From an uncultured Candidatus Saccharibacteria bacterium (GTDB lineage Bacteria; Patescibacteriota; CAZHWT01), in assembly GCA_964554805.1 (NCBI GenBank), contig CAZKPX010000001.1, positions 381,798-445,797 of the forward strand: DNA of 64,000 nt. Direction: 5' to 3'. Each line of letters begins with the position of its first letter. Position 1 is the stretch's first letter. Of the stretch, positions 13,898 through 24,042 are shown piece by piece. The position numbers and the translations under genes are program-made. The notes below the pieces were generated by a model. It was given only the letters and a program-made list of their open reading frames with translations, had not been told where the DNA came from and ran no database searches.

Positions 13898-15094
13898 ATG
13901 GGCTGTGTGGCTGTGGTTGGGTTGCAGTATGGGGATGAGGGTAAGGGTAAGATTGTTGATTATCTGGCGGCTGGGTGTGAGGTGGTGGTGAGGGGGAATG
14001 GTGGGGCCAATGCGGGGCATACGATTGTGCTGGAGGATGGGCAGGCTTTGGCTTTGCATCAGATACCGTCGGGGATTAGTCACGACAAGACTTTGAATAT
14101 TATTGGTAATGGTTGTTTTGTGGATATTGTGAAGCTGGTGGGCGAGATGGAGGCTGCTGGTCAGGTTGGCTTGGATGTATCGCCAGACAGGTTAAAGATT
14201 AGCCGGACAGCTCACCTGGTGCTGCCGATTCATAAACAGAGGGATGCGGAGCGAGAAGGTGGAGACAAAGGGCAGGGTAGCACTAAGGCAGGGATTGCTT
14301 TTGTGGCGGCAGATAAGGCCATGCGAGAAGGGGTGAGGGTGGAAATTTTGGAGCAATGGAGCAGGGATGAATTGGTAGCTTTGGGCGGGCAGGAGTTTGC
14401 TGAGGCAGCAGAGCAGTTGAAGGCGTATGTGTGCGACAGTGTGAGCTTGATTCAGGGCTTGCTGGCGGAAGGGAAGAAGGTGTTGCTGGAGGGGGCTCAG
14501 GCTTTTGGTTTGGATATTAACCATGGCAAGTATCCGTATACGACTTCGTCTGATACGACGGTGGCTGGGTTGATGAGTGGGACGGGGGTTAATTATAAGC
14601 AAATAGATCGGGTGGTGGGAGTGGCCAAGGCTACGCCATCGAAGGTGGGCGGAGGAGTGTTTGTGACGGCTATTACTGAGACGGCGGTGGCGGAGCGGAC
14701 TCGGGGTCAGAAGGGGGCGGTAGATGCTGAGTATGGGGCTACTACTGGTCGAGAGCGAGAGGTGGGCTATCTGGATTTGGTGGCCTTGAGGCGAGCGGTG
14801 CTGGTCAATGGTGTTGATGAGCTGGCTTTGACCAAGTTTGACTGCTTGATTCGCCACGGAGTCACGACTAGGGTGGCGGTGGCCTATGAGGTGGATGGGC
14901 TGAGGGTGACTGATCCGCCGGCTTCTAATAGTGATTTGGCTCGATGTCAGGCGGTTTATGAGGAACTGCCTACCTGGGAGGATGAAGATTCAGTTGAGGC
15001 TAAGGCTTATATTCAGCTGGTGGAGGATTATGTGGGGGTGCCGGTGACGATGATTGGCAATGGGCCGGAGCGGGAGCAGTTGATAGTTCGGTAG
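13898..15094 (+). CDS. purA: adenylosuccinate synthetase
   Basis: N-terminal VVGLQYGDEGKGKIVDYLA (GDEGKGK P-loop) and GNGGANAGHT motif. Confidence 0.85.
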   Translation: MGCVAVVGLQYGDEGKGKIVDYLAAGCEVVVRGNGGANAGHTIVLEDGQALALHQIPSGISHDKTLNIIGNGCFVDIVKLVGEMEAAGQVGLDVSPDRLKISRTAHLVLPIHKQRDAEREGGDKGQGSTKAGIAFVAADKAMREGVRVEILEQWSRDELVALGGQEFAEAAEQLKAYVCDSVSLIQGLLAEGKKVLLEGAQAFGLDINHGKYPYTTSSDTTVAGLMSGTGVNYKQIDRVVGVAKATPSKVGGGVFVTAITETAVAERTRGQKGAVDAEYGATTGREREVGYLDLVALRRAVLVNGVDELALTKFDCLIRHGVTTRVAVAYEVDGLRVTDPPASNSDLARCQAVYEELPTWEDEDSVEAKAYIQLVEDYVGVPVTMIGNGPEREQLIVR

Positions 15095-15182
15095 GGATTT
15101 ATAAAAATATACAAGCTTGCAGCTCTGAGTCGGTTTCAGGTTTCGGGTGTTGGGGTTTCAGTAGCAGGGAGTATGCTGTTTC

Positions 15183-15231
15183 CCTGAAGCCTGAAGCCTG
15201 AAGCCTGAAGCCTGCAATCTGAAACCTGAAC
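15183..15231. repeat. (CCTGAAG)x4 heptamer microsatellite with a degenerate tail
   Basis: cctgaagcctgaagcctgaagcctgaagcctgcaatctgaaacctgaac read directly; a cagggag...tccctg hairpin sits upstream. Confidence 0.85.
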
Positions 15232-15250
15232 GGGTTGGTTTTTTGACTGA

Positions 15251-15282
15251 ATGTACATTTAAGTGTATATTTAAATGTACAT
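15251..15282. promoter_or_regulatory. perfect inverted repeat that abuts the antitoxin start codon and is a likely operator for toxin-antitoxin autoregulation
   Basis: atgtacatttaa-gtgtatat-ttaaatgtacat immediately 5' of the ATG at 15283. Confidence 0.55.
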
Positions 15283-15552
15283 ATGAAATATATTACTAGC
15301 ACTGAATTACGAACTAAATCTAAGGAATTGATCGAAGCCTTGCGAGAGGGGAATTCGGTGGTGCTGATTCATCGGTCGAAGGAAGTGGGGACGATTGCTC
15401 CACCTAAGGCGGAGAAGCCAGCAAAGCTTTTTAATGCTAAAAAGTTTATGGAGGCAGCTAAGGAGCTTGACCTTCCTCAGACAACTAATGAGGAGCGTGA
15501 AGCTAGCTATCGTCAGCATATTGAAAAGAAATATGGCAAGCATCTGGATTGA
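15283..15552 (+). CDS. Phd/YefM-like antitoxin
   Basis: 89 aa; N-terminus ITSTELRTKSKELIEALREGNSVVLI resembles Phd/YefM; overlaps the downstream PIN gene by 20 nt. Confidence 0.6.
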   Translation: MKYITSTELRTKSKELIEALREGNSVVLIHRSKEVGTIAPPKAEKPAKLFNAKKFMEAAKELDLPQTTNEEREASYRQHIEKKYGKHLD

Positions 15553-15910
15553 CGCTAATTATTTTATTGATTTTGCTGAGTTGCGGAGCGATGTGCGTAT
15601 AGCCGACTTTGATGGTCATATACTATGGTTGTCGCCGTTATCTGTCCACATCCTTTGCTATGCTTACAAATATCCTATGCCTGACAGCGCTCCGATTGGT
15701 TTATTAGAGGGGTTTCATTTGCAGCCCTTTGATGAAAATGTTTTGCATCAGTCTATGCTGGGTCCCACTACTGATTTGGACGATAACATTCAGCTTCACA
15801 GTGCTATTCGGGCCGAGGCTGATTATTTTTTAACTAACGATAGAAAGTTGCTTAAGCTGGGTTATTTTGGGGAGATGGAGATTGTCAGTAGTGTGAAAGA
15901 GGTTGGGTAG
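15533..15910 (+). CDS. PIN-domain toxin (VapC-like)
   Basis: ATG at 15533 inside the track ORF 15395-15910; MASIWIDANYFIDF...TNDRKL has the conserved acidic residues of a PIN domain in a protein of about 125 aa; overlaps the antitoxin stop. Confidence 0.65.
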   Translation: MASIWIDANYFIDFAELRSDVRIADFDGHILWLSPLSVHILCYAYKYPMPDSAPIGLLEGFHLQPFDENVLHQSMLGPTTDLDDNIQLHSAIRAEADYFLTNDRKLLKLGYFGEMEIVSSVKEVG

Positions 15911-16221
15911 GTTCATTCTATCTCCGCTCGGGCTTCATGGTCGGGTATTGTGATTTGTGTTCTAACCCACCTTAAAGGTGGTTTACCTAGGCAACCTGCA
16001 AGTAAGCATGTGTAATAACACCCAAGCTTACTTCAGATAAACCGACCTTAAAGCGAGATCAATGTGGCTTTGATATGAGTCGTAAGGTTTAGTGTATGGT
16101 TTGAGGCTGGCTTTGAATTGGATGGCTGAGGGAATAGGGGGATTAGGGTTCATTGTGGTGCTTATTTATTTTAAGGCTAACTCTGTTGAACAAGGTTATG
16201 ACTTAGGCGTATAGTTGATTT

Positions 16222-16857
16222 ATGGATATCAAGCAGAACATAATGATCGAGCCGCTATTTCCTGCTGAAGAATCTTTTCTGCCTAAGGGTTACAGCTTAG
16301 AAGAGGCCCAAGGGCAAGGCGTGTCGTTGGTGGTTAAGGATATGGGCGGGAATGGGCCGGCGGTATGTGTTTGTTTGGCTAATGATGAGGCACGATACTA
16401 CACTATAGATATTTTAAAGACGATTGGCGGTTTGGCTATTATTGTGGTGGGGTTGTTATTTACTCCTGCAGTAGATGCTAATTTTTACAACCAAGCGCAT
16501 GATGGACTGGGGATTTCGATACATCCCATGCTGATTATCGGACTAGGCTTGGTGGCTTTTGCGGTGAGTATTTATTTCAAATCACGCAGGTTGGCAAGCT
16601 GGTATGTGTCGACTGGGCATAGTCGTGAGTGTGCTAAGAGGCGGGGCTTAATTGAATCATTGTCAGTGCAAACAAGGTATGGATATACATTGCGTAGCCC
16701 GGGCAAATCCTATGCAGCTAATTTGAATGACGGGCAAGCATCGGGCAAGCAGCATTTACTGGGTATGTCTGTGTCTCGGACGGTTTGGTATGTGGCTATT
16801 TGTGCTGCGGTAGCGCTGTTGTTTGCACTAGTGGCGGTGGTGACAGTTTTTTATTGA
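16222..16857 (+). CDS. uncharacterised membrane protein; first of a tandem paralog pair
   Basis: Shares with 17314-17925 the motifs D-x-GG-x-G-P/S-x-VC-x-C...ARYY-T/S, G-H-S/A-x-x-C-A-x-RR-x-x-I-x-SL, and hydrophobic segments. Confidence 0.6.
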   Translation: MDIKQNIMIEPLFPAEESFLPKGYSLEEAQGQGVSLVVKDMGGNGPAVCVCLANDEARYYTIDILKTIGGLAIIVVGLLFTPAVDANFYNQAHDGLGISIHPMLIIGLGLVAFAVSIYFKSRRLASWYVSTGHSRECAKRRGLIESLSVQTRYGYTLRSPGKSYAANLNDGQASGKQHLLGMSVSRTVWYVAICAAVALLFALVAVVTVFY

Positions 16858-17313
16858 GTCTCTATGATGGTTGGCACTGTCAACTAAAGCGCTATAGTGG
16901 TCTTATGCCTGAAGTATTGTCTGGGATTTTTGCCAAAAGGGCATAGTTTGGAGGAGCCTGAGAGGCTTTTGGTCTCTGATGGGCCGGGAGGCAGAGGGCC
17001 GAAGGTCTGCTGTTCCTGAGGAGTTCGGGCTTTCCATGCTCGCGCAGTTCTCAGAAATGTAAATTTCCTGCGAGCTGGGCTGTGCGCGGCAACCTCTGCA
17101 CACTAAATGACCGGAGGCCATTGCTGATGGCTAATGGCTGATAGCTTATGCCATGAACTGCTTGAACCGGTTGGTTTTGTAGAGGTTGAGATGCTTCGGA
17201 AGTAAGTTCCTAGCTATACTTCGGGACTTTGAGGAGTAGGATCTGACCATCAGCAATCAGCAATGCTTGTGCTTGTACTTGCTCTCGTCCTGTAGGAGTG
17301 TATACTAGCAAGT

Positions 17314-17925
17314 ATGTCTGAAGAGCCTGTGGGTAATTTTTTACCTAAACAAGATTTTATTGATAGCTTAGAAGATACAGGGCAGATGGTGGTTGACCCA
17401 GGTGGATCGGGGTCGCCGGTGTGCATCTGTGATAAAGGGGAGCTTGCTCGCTACTATAGTGGCGATATGATCGGCATAGGCCTTATTTATAGCCTGTATA
17501 TTTTATTTGGGATTTTCTTAATGTGGTTGTGGCTGGCTGGATCTTCAGGGCTGTGGTGGGGAGGTTTTGTTGTTGTGGGAATTTTTCTCTGTCCAGTGAT
17601 TTTTATATACATGGGATTCTTGTCTCGAAGAGATTGGTATGTACAACAGGGTCATGCGGAGAACTGCGCAGTTCGACGAGCCGTTATTGATTCATTAGCA
17701 TATGGCAGAAGAGGGAGAATATTTCAAACGTCAGGGGATGCAGTATATGGCAGAAGAGGGAAAATAATTCGAACGCCAGGGGATGCATATGATAAGGATT
17801 ATGTAAAAGCTCACCCAGGCGCAGCAACATTGTGGAGTAAGTCGATTGTTAGAATAGGGACGATGGTGGTTTTGTGCTTGATGGCTGCACTTATTATGGT
17901 AGGGGCTACTTTGTGGCTTGGTTGA
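17314..17925 (+). CDS. uncharacterised membrane protein; second of the tandem paralog pair
   Basis: PGGSGSPVCICDKGELARYYS and GHAENCAVRRAVIDSL correspond to MGGNGPAVCVCLANDEARYYT and GHSRECAKRRGLIESL in 16222-16857. Confidence 0.6.
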   Translation: MSEEPVGNFLPKQDFIDSLEDTGQMVVDPGGSGSPVCICDKGELARYYSGDMIGIGLIYSLYILFGIFLMWLWLAGSSGLWWGGFVVVGIFLCPVIFIYMGFLSRRDWYVQQGHAENCAVRRAVIDSLAYGRRGRIFQTSGDAVYGRRGKIIRTPGDAYDKDYVKAHPGAATLWSKSIVRIGTMVVLCLMAALIMVGATLWLG

Positions 17926-18151
17926 AGTCGATTGGTGGCCATTCAGTCGCTATGTTAGTCGTTGAGGGATTAGTATTAATTACATTACCATGGATAGAAT
18001 TAGCCATTGCAAGACAGGGTTGCCCGTTGAAGTAACGGGTTTTTTACGGTATAATGGGCGGGAATTACGTGGGCATGTTTTTGGCGTGTGTACGGTAATA
18101 TCTTATGTAAAGGTGTGCTGAATCTTCGTATTCAGTCAGGTGTTTTATTTT

Positions 18152-19231
18152 ATGGCAGAAACAGCTGCAAAAGAAAAGACAAGCGAAGCTATGACTATGG
18201 AGGAATTGTTGGCCAACGAAAAGCCAATTGTTCAACTACAGCGAGGCGATGTTGTCGAAGGAACCGTTATCGAAAAGATGGGTGGTGAAATTTTGGTTGA
18301 TGTGGGAGCCAAGTCCGAAGGAGTTGTGCCTTCTAGTGAAGTTCGTGAAGAAAAGGAAATGGCTGAAACTCTTAAGACAGGCGACGCTTTGTTGGTATAT
18401 ATCGTATCGACAGAGAATGAGCATGGCCAGGTTCAATTGTCATTGAAGAAGGCAGCTATTGCCCGTAAGTGGATTGCTTTGAAGAAAGCAGCTGAGGATG
18501 ACGAAGTGTTGACCGTTAAGGTTTTGGAATACAACAAGGGTGGTTTGATTGTTGATTACCAGCGTATTCGTGGATTCATTCCATTCTCTCATCTGGTATC
18601 CGGTCCGGCTCGAACTGCTACTCCTCAGGAAGTAACTGATGAGCTGAATGCCTTGGTCGGTCGCGAGTTGTCGGCTATGATCATTGAGGCTGAGCAGAAG
18701 ACAAATCGGTTGATTTTGTCTGAAAAGAAAGCTCGTCAGGATGCTGAGCGTGAAAAGAAGGCTAGTTTGATGGTTAACTATCGCCTTGGTCAGGTGGTTG
18801 AGGGTAGCATTACTCGTATTATGCCTTTTGGCCTGTTGGTAGATATTGGTGGCCTTGATGCGCTGGTTCACGCCACTGAAGTTAGCTGGGATAAGTCTTC
18901 CGACTTTACCACTAAGTATCAGTTGGGTCAGAAGATCGAAGTTAAGGTTATTGAGCTCGATGAAGCTAATGGCAAGGTTAACTTGTCTATTAAGCAATTG
19001 TCTCAAGACCCATGGGAAGATCGTTCCGGCAAGATAAAGACCGGCGACAAGGTTAAAGGTTCTGTGACTAAGATTACCTCTTACGGTATTATCTTGGATA
19101 TTGATGGTATTGAGGGTCTATTGAAGACCGATCAGGCTGACATTAAGACTGGCGATAGCGTTGAAGTCTTCGTAACTGAAGTTGACGCTACATCTCGTCG
19201 ATTGAACGTGTCTAGCGAGAAACCTGAATAA
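18152..19231 (+). CDS. rpsA: 30S ribosomal protein S1, short form with four S1 domains
   Basis: Repeated S1 (OB-fold) domains: [62 protein letters not shown]; start taken at MAETAAKEK. Confidence 0.8.
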   Translation: MAETAAKEKTSEAMTMEELLANEKPIVQLQRGDVVEGTVIEKMGGEILVDVGAKSEGVVPSSEVREEKEMAETLKTGDALLVYIVSTENEHGQVQLSLKKAAIARKWIALKKAAEDDEVLTVKVLEYNKGGLIVDYQRIRGFIPFSHLVSGPARTATPQEVTDELNALVGRELSAMIIEAEQKTNRLILSEKKARQDAEREKKASLMVNYRLGQVVEGSITRIMPFGLLVDIGGLDALVHATEVSWDKSSDFTTKYQLGQKIEVKVIELDEANGKVNLSIKQLSQDPWEDRSGKIKTGDKVKGSVTKITSYGIILDIDGIEGLLKTDQADIKTGDSVEVFVTEVDATSRRLNVSSEKPE

Positions 19232-19242
19232 GCAAAGCTTGT

Positions 19243-19318
19243 TCAGGTTTCGGATATGGAGACACGGATATCGGATATAGTGAGTTTTCTATATTCGATA
19301 TCCTATCTCCAATATCCC
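19243..19318. repeat. Family B palindromic repeat between rpsA and clpC
   Basis: ggtttcggatatggagacacggatatcggatatagtgag...ctatattcgatatcctatctccaatatcccg; homologous to the insertion inside 23S. Confidence 0.8.
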
Positions 19319-19332
19319 GACAAAGGAGGGAT

Positions 19333-21897
19333 ATGAAGCATATAACACAACGATTTAGTCAAAACGCTCGAGAGGCATTGGTTAAATCACAATCTATTGC
19401 CAGAACGGAAGCTCATTCATTTGTGGCCACTCATCATTTATTGTTGGCCTTATTGCAGCTACCTGAGTCTTTGGCTTATAAAATGCTAAAGGATGGTGGG
19501 GCTGATCTGGTTAAAATTACTGAGATCTGCAACCGGGTTATTTTTAAACAACGCCAGGAGCAGCAGACGCAAGGCATTGAGGATGAACTAAAAATAGTTA
19601 TTCAGTATGCTTTTGAGGAAGCCGCTGATCTGGAATCGGTCTATGTGGGGACTGAGCATTTGCTATTGGGGATTATTGGCCTTGATCGTAGCCTAGCAGC
19701 TCAGATATTGACCAGCAATAAGGTGGATCTGGAAGACTTAAGGCTGAAGGTGCATGAATTGAGCTTGTTCTCTGATGCTTCGTATAAATATAGCCGTTCT
19801 GAAACATTTGAAGGCAGCATGCTGGAACAGTTTGGCCGCGATTTGACCAAAGAGGCCGCCATAGGGAAGCTGGATCCAGTTGTTGGTCGAGAGAATGAAA
19901 TAAAGCAATTAATCCAAACGCTGTCACGTCGAACCAAGAATAATCCAATTTTGTTGGGTGAATCCGGTGTAGGTAAAACTGCTATAGTCGAGGGTTTGGC
20001 GCAACAGATTGTTGGTCGCGAGGTTCCGGCCTCGATGCTAGGCAAGAGAGTAGTGTCTCTTAATATCGGCTCATTAGTGGCCGGTACTAAGTTCCGTGGT
20101 GATTTTGAAGAACGGGTTATGAAAGTATTGGCTGAGATTCAGGAAGAAGGCAATATTATCTTGTTTGTTGATGAACTGCACACTCTTCTGGGGGCGGGCT
20201 CGGCTACCGGCAGTTTGGATGCTGCCAATATCCTCAAGCCAATGTTAGCCAAGGGTCTTATTCAGACAATCGGAGCAACTACGCTGGACGAATATCAGGA
20301 GTTTATTGAAGAAGATGCTGCTCTGACTCGTCGCTTTCAGCCTATTATGGTAGAGGAGCCGAGCCCAGAGCAGACTGCGACTATTTTGAAGAGAATTAGC
20401 CCTCTTTACGAAACATTCCATGGAGTTCGTTTTGAGAAGTCTGGTTTGGAATTGGCAGCCCAATTGGCTCATCGCTATATTACTGAGCGGCGTCTGCCTG
20501 ACAGTGCTATTGATGTTATGGATGAGGCTGCTTCTCAGGTTAAAATCGCAAAAGCTAAGCGGTCGATTGTTGAGACTGAGATGCAGCAGCGGATCGAATT
20601 GCTGGCTCGCCAAAAAGAAAAAGCTGTTGAAGAGCAGCGTTATGATCAGGCAATGGAATTGCGCAAGAAAGAGATGGTTATTCAAGCGCGACTGGATAAG
20701 CGTCAGGCTAAGAATAAAAAGCCATCTGTGCGCAGTTTGCCGGTGGTCCATCGTCAGGATATCGCAGCCGTGGTGGCTAATTGGCTAAATATGCCGTTGG
20801 AAGATATTACTCAAGAAGAGACTGCTAAGTTGTTGAGCATGGAAAAGGACTTGCAGCAGAGGATTATTGGCCAGGATGAAGCTATTGCATTGATTAGTCG
20901 GTCATTGAGACGATCACGGGTTGGCTTGGCTAGCCCCAATCGGCCAATTGGATCGTTCTTGTTTATGGGGCCTAGTGGTGTGGGTAAGTCTGAAACAGCC
21001 AAAGCCTTGGCCGAGCTGTTGTTTGGAGATGAATCGGCCTTGATCAAGCTTAATATGTCTGAGTATATGGAGCGCTACAGTGCGTCTACCTTGATTGGCG
21101 CACCAGCAGGCTATGTTGGGTATGAAGAGGGCGGTAAATTGACAGAAATGGTGCGCAGGAAGCCTCATTCGGTGGTGCTGTTTGATGAGATAGAGAAAGC
21201 TCACCCGGATATTTTTAACTTACTACTTCAGGTGTTAGAAGATGGAGAGCTAGTTGATAGTAAGGGGCGCAAAGTTGACTTTAAGAATACTTTGATCATA
21301 TTCACCTCTAATGCTGGCATTGAGATGATGGCCCAAAAAGGCAATATCGGCTTTAGTTTGGCCGGGACTATGGAAGAATTAGAAGAGCAGCGGGTGGCTG
21401 ATGATAAGCATCAGCTTAAGGATCGGATGCTGGAAAACTTAAAGGAAACCTTTAGGCCCGAATTCTTAAATCGATTGGGTGGGATGGTGGTGTTTAATAG
21501 TCTTACCGAGGATCAAGCTGAATTGGTGGCGGCTTTGTTGCTGGACGATTTGAATGACCGGCTGAAGAGTAAGCGGATTAAGCTGAAGATTGATAAAAGT
21601 GTTTATCACTATCTGGCCAAAGAGGGGACCAGTTTGGATATGGGTGTGCGTCCGATGCGTCGCTTGGTAGAGCGGGAGATTGAGGATGTTATTGCCGAAG
21701 GCTTGCTGCAAGACACCTTTGCTCCGGGCAAAACGATCCTGATTAAGTCGGGCAGCAAAGATGGGCAGTCTGCCTTGAAGCTGGGCGTTTGGGAATCAGC
21801 TAAAACCAAAACTAAGAATAAGACTAAATCCATCTCTGATACATCCAAGTCTGCGAGTAAGAAGTCTACTCGATCTACATCCAAAATAACCGCTTAA
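19333..21897 (+). CDS. clpC: Clp protease ATP-binding subunit ClpC-like (two AAA+ modules and a ClpP-binding IGF loop)
   Basis: Clp N-terminal domain; Walker A motifs [15 protein letters not shown] and [15 protein letters not shown]; short middle domain; KGNIGFS loop; low-complexity K/S/T-rich C-terminal tail. Confidence 0.8.
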   Translation: MKHITQRFSQNAREALVKSQSIARTEAHSFVATHHLLLALLQLPESLAYKMLKDGGADLVKITEICNRVIFKQRQEQQTQGIEDELKIVIQYAFEEAADLESVYVGTEHLLLGIIGLDRSLAAQILTSNKVDLEDLRLKVHELSLFSDASYKYSRSETFEGSMLEQFGRDLTKEAAIGKLDPVVGRENEIKQLIQTLSRRTKNNPILLGESGVGKTAIVEGLAQQIVGREVPASMLGKRVVSLNIGSLVAGTKFRGDFEERVMKVLAEIQEEGNIILFVDELHTLLGAGSATGSLDAANILKPMLAKGLIQTIGATTLDEYQEFIEEDAALTRRFQPIMVEEPSPEQTATILKRISPLYETFHGVRFEKSGLELAAQLAHRYITERRLPDSAIDVMDEAASQVKIAKAKRSIVETEMQQRIELLARQKEKAVEEQRYDQAMELRKKEMVIQARLDKRQAKNKKPSVRSLPVVHRQDIAAVVANWLNMPLEDITQEETAKLLSMEKDLQQRIIGQDEAIALISRSLRRSRVGLASPNRPIGSFLFMGPSGVGKSETAKALAELLFGDESALIKLNMSEYMERYSASTLIGAPAGYVGYEEGGKLTEMVRRKPHSVVLFDEIEKAHPDIFNLLLQVLEDGELVDSKGRKVDFKNTLIIFTSNAGIEMMAQKGNIGFSLAGTMEELEEQRVADDKHQLKDRMLENLKETFRPEFLNRLGGMVVFNSLTEDQAELVAALLLDDLNDRLKSKRIKLKIDKSVYHYLAKEGTSLDMGVRPMRRLVEREIEDVIAEGLLQDTFAPGKTILIKSGSKDGQSALKLGVWESAKTKTKNKTKSISDTSKSASKKSTRSTSKITA

Positions 21898-21918
21898 AAC
21901 AATTGAGGTATTAAATTT

Positions 21919-23262
21919 ATGCCAGCTGGGTTCGTGAGTGAATATACATGTCAGCAATGCGGAGCAACCTTTGTTAAATGGCAGGGAAAATGCAGCAATT
22001 GTGGGGCTTGGAATAGTTTGGTTGAGGCTATTGTAAGTAAGAAGGAGAAGAAAGAAGGGAGGAGTAGTGGGGGTAACAAGGGGCGACTTCACCTAGCGGA
22101 GTCACAAGTAACCAGCTTGCTCGATGATATTAAGACTGATCAGTTGCCTCGGATTTCTAGTGGGTTTGAGGAATTGGATCGAGTGTTGGGCGGTGGAATT
22201 GTGCCGGGCTCGGTGGTGCTGATTGGCGGAGAGCCCGGAGTGGGTAAATCAACGCTATTGTTGCAGGTTATTTTGAAAACTGGTGGCTTGTATGTTAGTG
22301 CCGAAGAGTCGCCGCATCAGGTGAAGCTACGAGCTGATCGAATGGATATTCCTTTGGCGGGTCAGGTTAAGCTGCTTAATACTAATAATGTGGATCGGGC
22401 TATTTTGGCCGTCGAGGAGGGCAAGAGCTTGCCTTTGGTTATCATTGACTCCATTCAAACTATGGCTACTGATGACCTGGAGGGAGTTCCTGGTTCGATC
22501 GGGCAGGTTCGAGAGTCGGCTCACCGATTAGTTAATGTGGCTAAAAAAGCTGGCGTGCCGATATTTATTGTTAGCCATGTCACAAAAGAGGGTGCGTTGG
22601 CTGGCCCTAAGGTGTTGGAGCATGTAGTGGATGCGGTTTTGTATGTGGAAGGCGAGGAGATGTCGCTGGTGCGATTGGTTCGAGGAACCAAGAACCGATT
22701 TGGGGCAGTTCATGAGGTCGGTTTGTTTGAGCTGACCGAGACCGGCATGAAGGAAGTCTTGGATGCTGCTCAAGCTTTTGTGTCTGAAGGCGACTTAGCG
22801 TCTGGTTCTGTGCTGACGGTCAGCATGGAGGGTCTGCGGCCGATGTTGTTGGAAATCCAGGCTTTAAGTAGTAAGACTCACTTTGGTTTGCCGCGGCGGA
22901 CGGCTAATGGGATGGACTATAATCGATTGCTGATGTTGCTGGCAGTGCTGAGCAAGAGGACTAAGGTGCGGCTTGATGATCAGGATATTTATACAAATAT
23001 TGCCGGAGGGATGAAAGTTAAAGAAACAGCTGTTGATTTGGCGGTTTGTCTGGCGGTTGTATCTTCAGCCTTGGATATCTCTTTGCCGCCCAAGACGGTG
23101 GTTTTTGGTGAGGTGAGTTTGTCGGGAGCGGTGAAGGCGGTAGTGGGGCAGAAGAAGCGCTTGGATCAAGCCAAGAAGCTTGGTTATAAGTCATTTATCA
23201 CTGCTGATACAGCTAAAACACTTAATCAGGCCTTGAAGCAGGCATTTCCGGATAAATTTTAA
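21919..23262 (+). CDS. radA: DNA repair protein RadA/Sms
   Basis: Zinc ribbon CQQCGATFVKWQGKCSNCGAWNS, Walker A GGEPGVGKSTLLLQ, Lon-like C-terminal domain. Confidence 0.9.
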   Translation: MPAGFVSEYTCQQCGATFVKWQGKCSNCGAWNSLVEAIVSKKEKKEGRSSGGNKGRLHLAESQVTSLLDDIKTDQLPRISSGFEELDRVLGGGIVPGSVVLIGGEPGVGKSTLLLQVILKTGGLYVSAEESPHQVKLRADRMDIPLAGQVKLLNTNNVDRAILAVEEGKSLPLVIIDSIQTMATDDLEGVPGSIGQVRESAHRLVNVAKKAGVPIFIVSHVTKEGALAGPKVLEHVVDAVLYVEGEEMSLVRLVRGTKNRFGAVHEVGLFELTETGMKEVLDAAQAFVSEGDLASGSVLTVSMEGLRPMLLEIQALSSKTHFGLPRRTANGMDYNRLLMLLAVLSKRTKVRLDDQDIYTNIAGGMKVKETAVDLAVCLAVVSSALDISLPPKTVVFGEVSLSGAVKAVVGQKKRLDQAKKLGYKSFITADTAKTLNQALKQAFPDKF

Positions 23263-23286
23263 ATTTTGTGAATTAATGCTGAAAAT

Positions 23287-23310
23287 GGGAGGGGTGCTGC
23301 AGCCCCTCCC
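23287..23310. terminator. GC-rich hairpin between the convergent radA and the minus-strand ORF
   Basis: gggaggggtgctgcagcccctccc read directly; T-rich on the minus side. Confidence 0.5.
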
Positions 23311-23338
23311 TTCTGCGAGATAGGTTTTTACTGGAATC

Positions 23339-23641
23339 TTAGTCAACAACTTTGCAGCATTGAAGACCGAATGCTAGCATTAGGCCATCTGGGATTGGGT
23401 AGCGTGTCTTCCACCAAAGAGCTACATCTTGCCCTTGCTGGTCGCCATTCTCTAAGGCGGTTAATACATCAACTTGATGAACGTTATAGCCACCTTGGTT
23501 TTCGGTGTCTTTGCTTCCCGTCAGAACGCCCCATACCTCTTGGCCCTTCTCTTGCAGCTTTCCTGGTAGGTTAAGACCAACAAAGGCCTGTCTTACCGAT
23601 TCAGGAGCTTCGCCAGTCGGTATCGCTGTAATCTCAATCAC
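23339..23641 (-). CDS. hypothetical small protein with a GTG start
   Basis: ORF track 100 aa; GGAAGAG ribosome-binding-site-like stretch upstream of the GTG; product not recognised. Confidence 0.35.
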   Translation of the reverse strand: MIEITAIPTGEAPESVRQAFVGLNLPGKLQEKGQEVWGVLTGSKDTENQGGYNVHQVDVLTALENGDQQGQDVALWWKTRYPIPDGLMLAFGLQCCKVVD

Positions 23642-24042
23642 ATCTCTTCCTTTCTGACAGTGATTCCACTTTGCCTCAGAGAATGTAAAGCTAGGCGGAT
23701 TATATCAGGAAGGGTTATTAAAAAGTTATCCACATGTCGATGTTATTTAGTTTTATCTGAGATAATTAGTATCGTTTTTACTATAGGTAGTCTATTTATT
23801 GAGCGATATAAAACTATAAGTTTGACAATAGTATTGCAATGTGATATAAACGTCATAAGGGGTTGGTAGGGGCAGTGCCAATCCCTTGCTTGTACCGCCA
23901 AGTTTTCTTGACAGTACAAGCAAGGGGCTGATACGCTTAACCTAACTTAATTACCCTTGTTTTATTTTTGTTCTATTTAATTCCCTCATTTCTAAACTAG
24001 ATACGTATTCGCCTCTATCCCATTTGCGGAGTTTTTTATTGT

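Noticed and set aside
16903-17121. Minus-strand 72-aa ORF in the spacer between the paralogs, and a search for RNase P, tmRNA or SRP RNA there
   Set aside because: The ORF has no ribosome-binding site and an odd composition. None of the conserved RNase P, tmRNA or 4.5S motifs were found. The region is kept only as an unassigned structured spacer.
20420-21204. Off-frame and antisense ORFs within clpC (20420-20788 plus strand, 20245-20751 and 20914-21204 minus strand)
   Set aside because: They are embedded in a coding sequence with strong AAA+ motifs in another frame.
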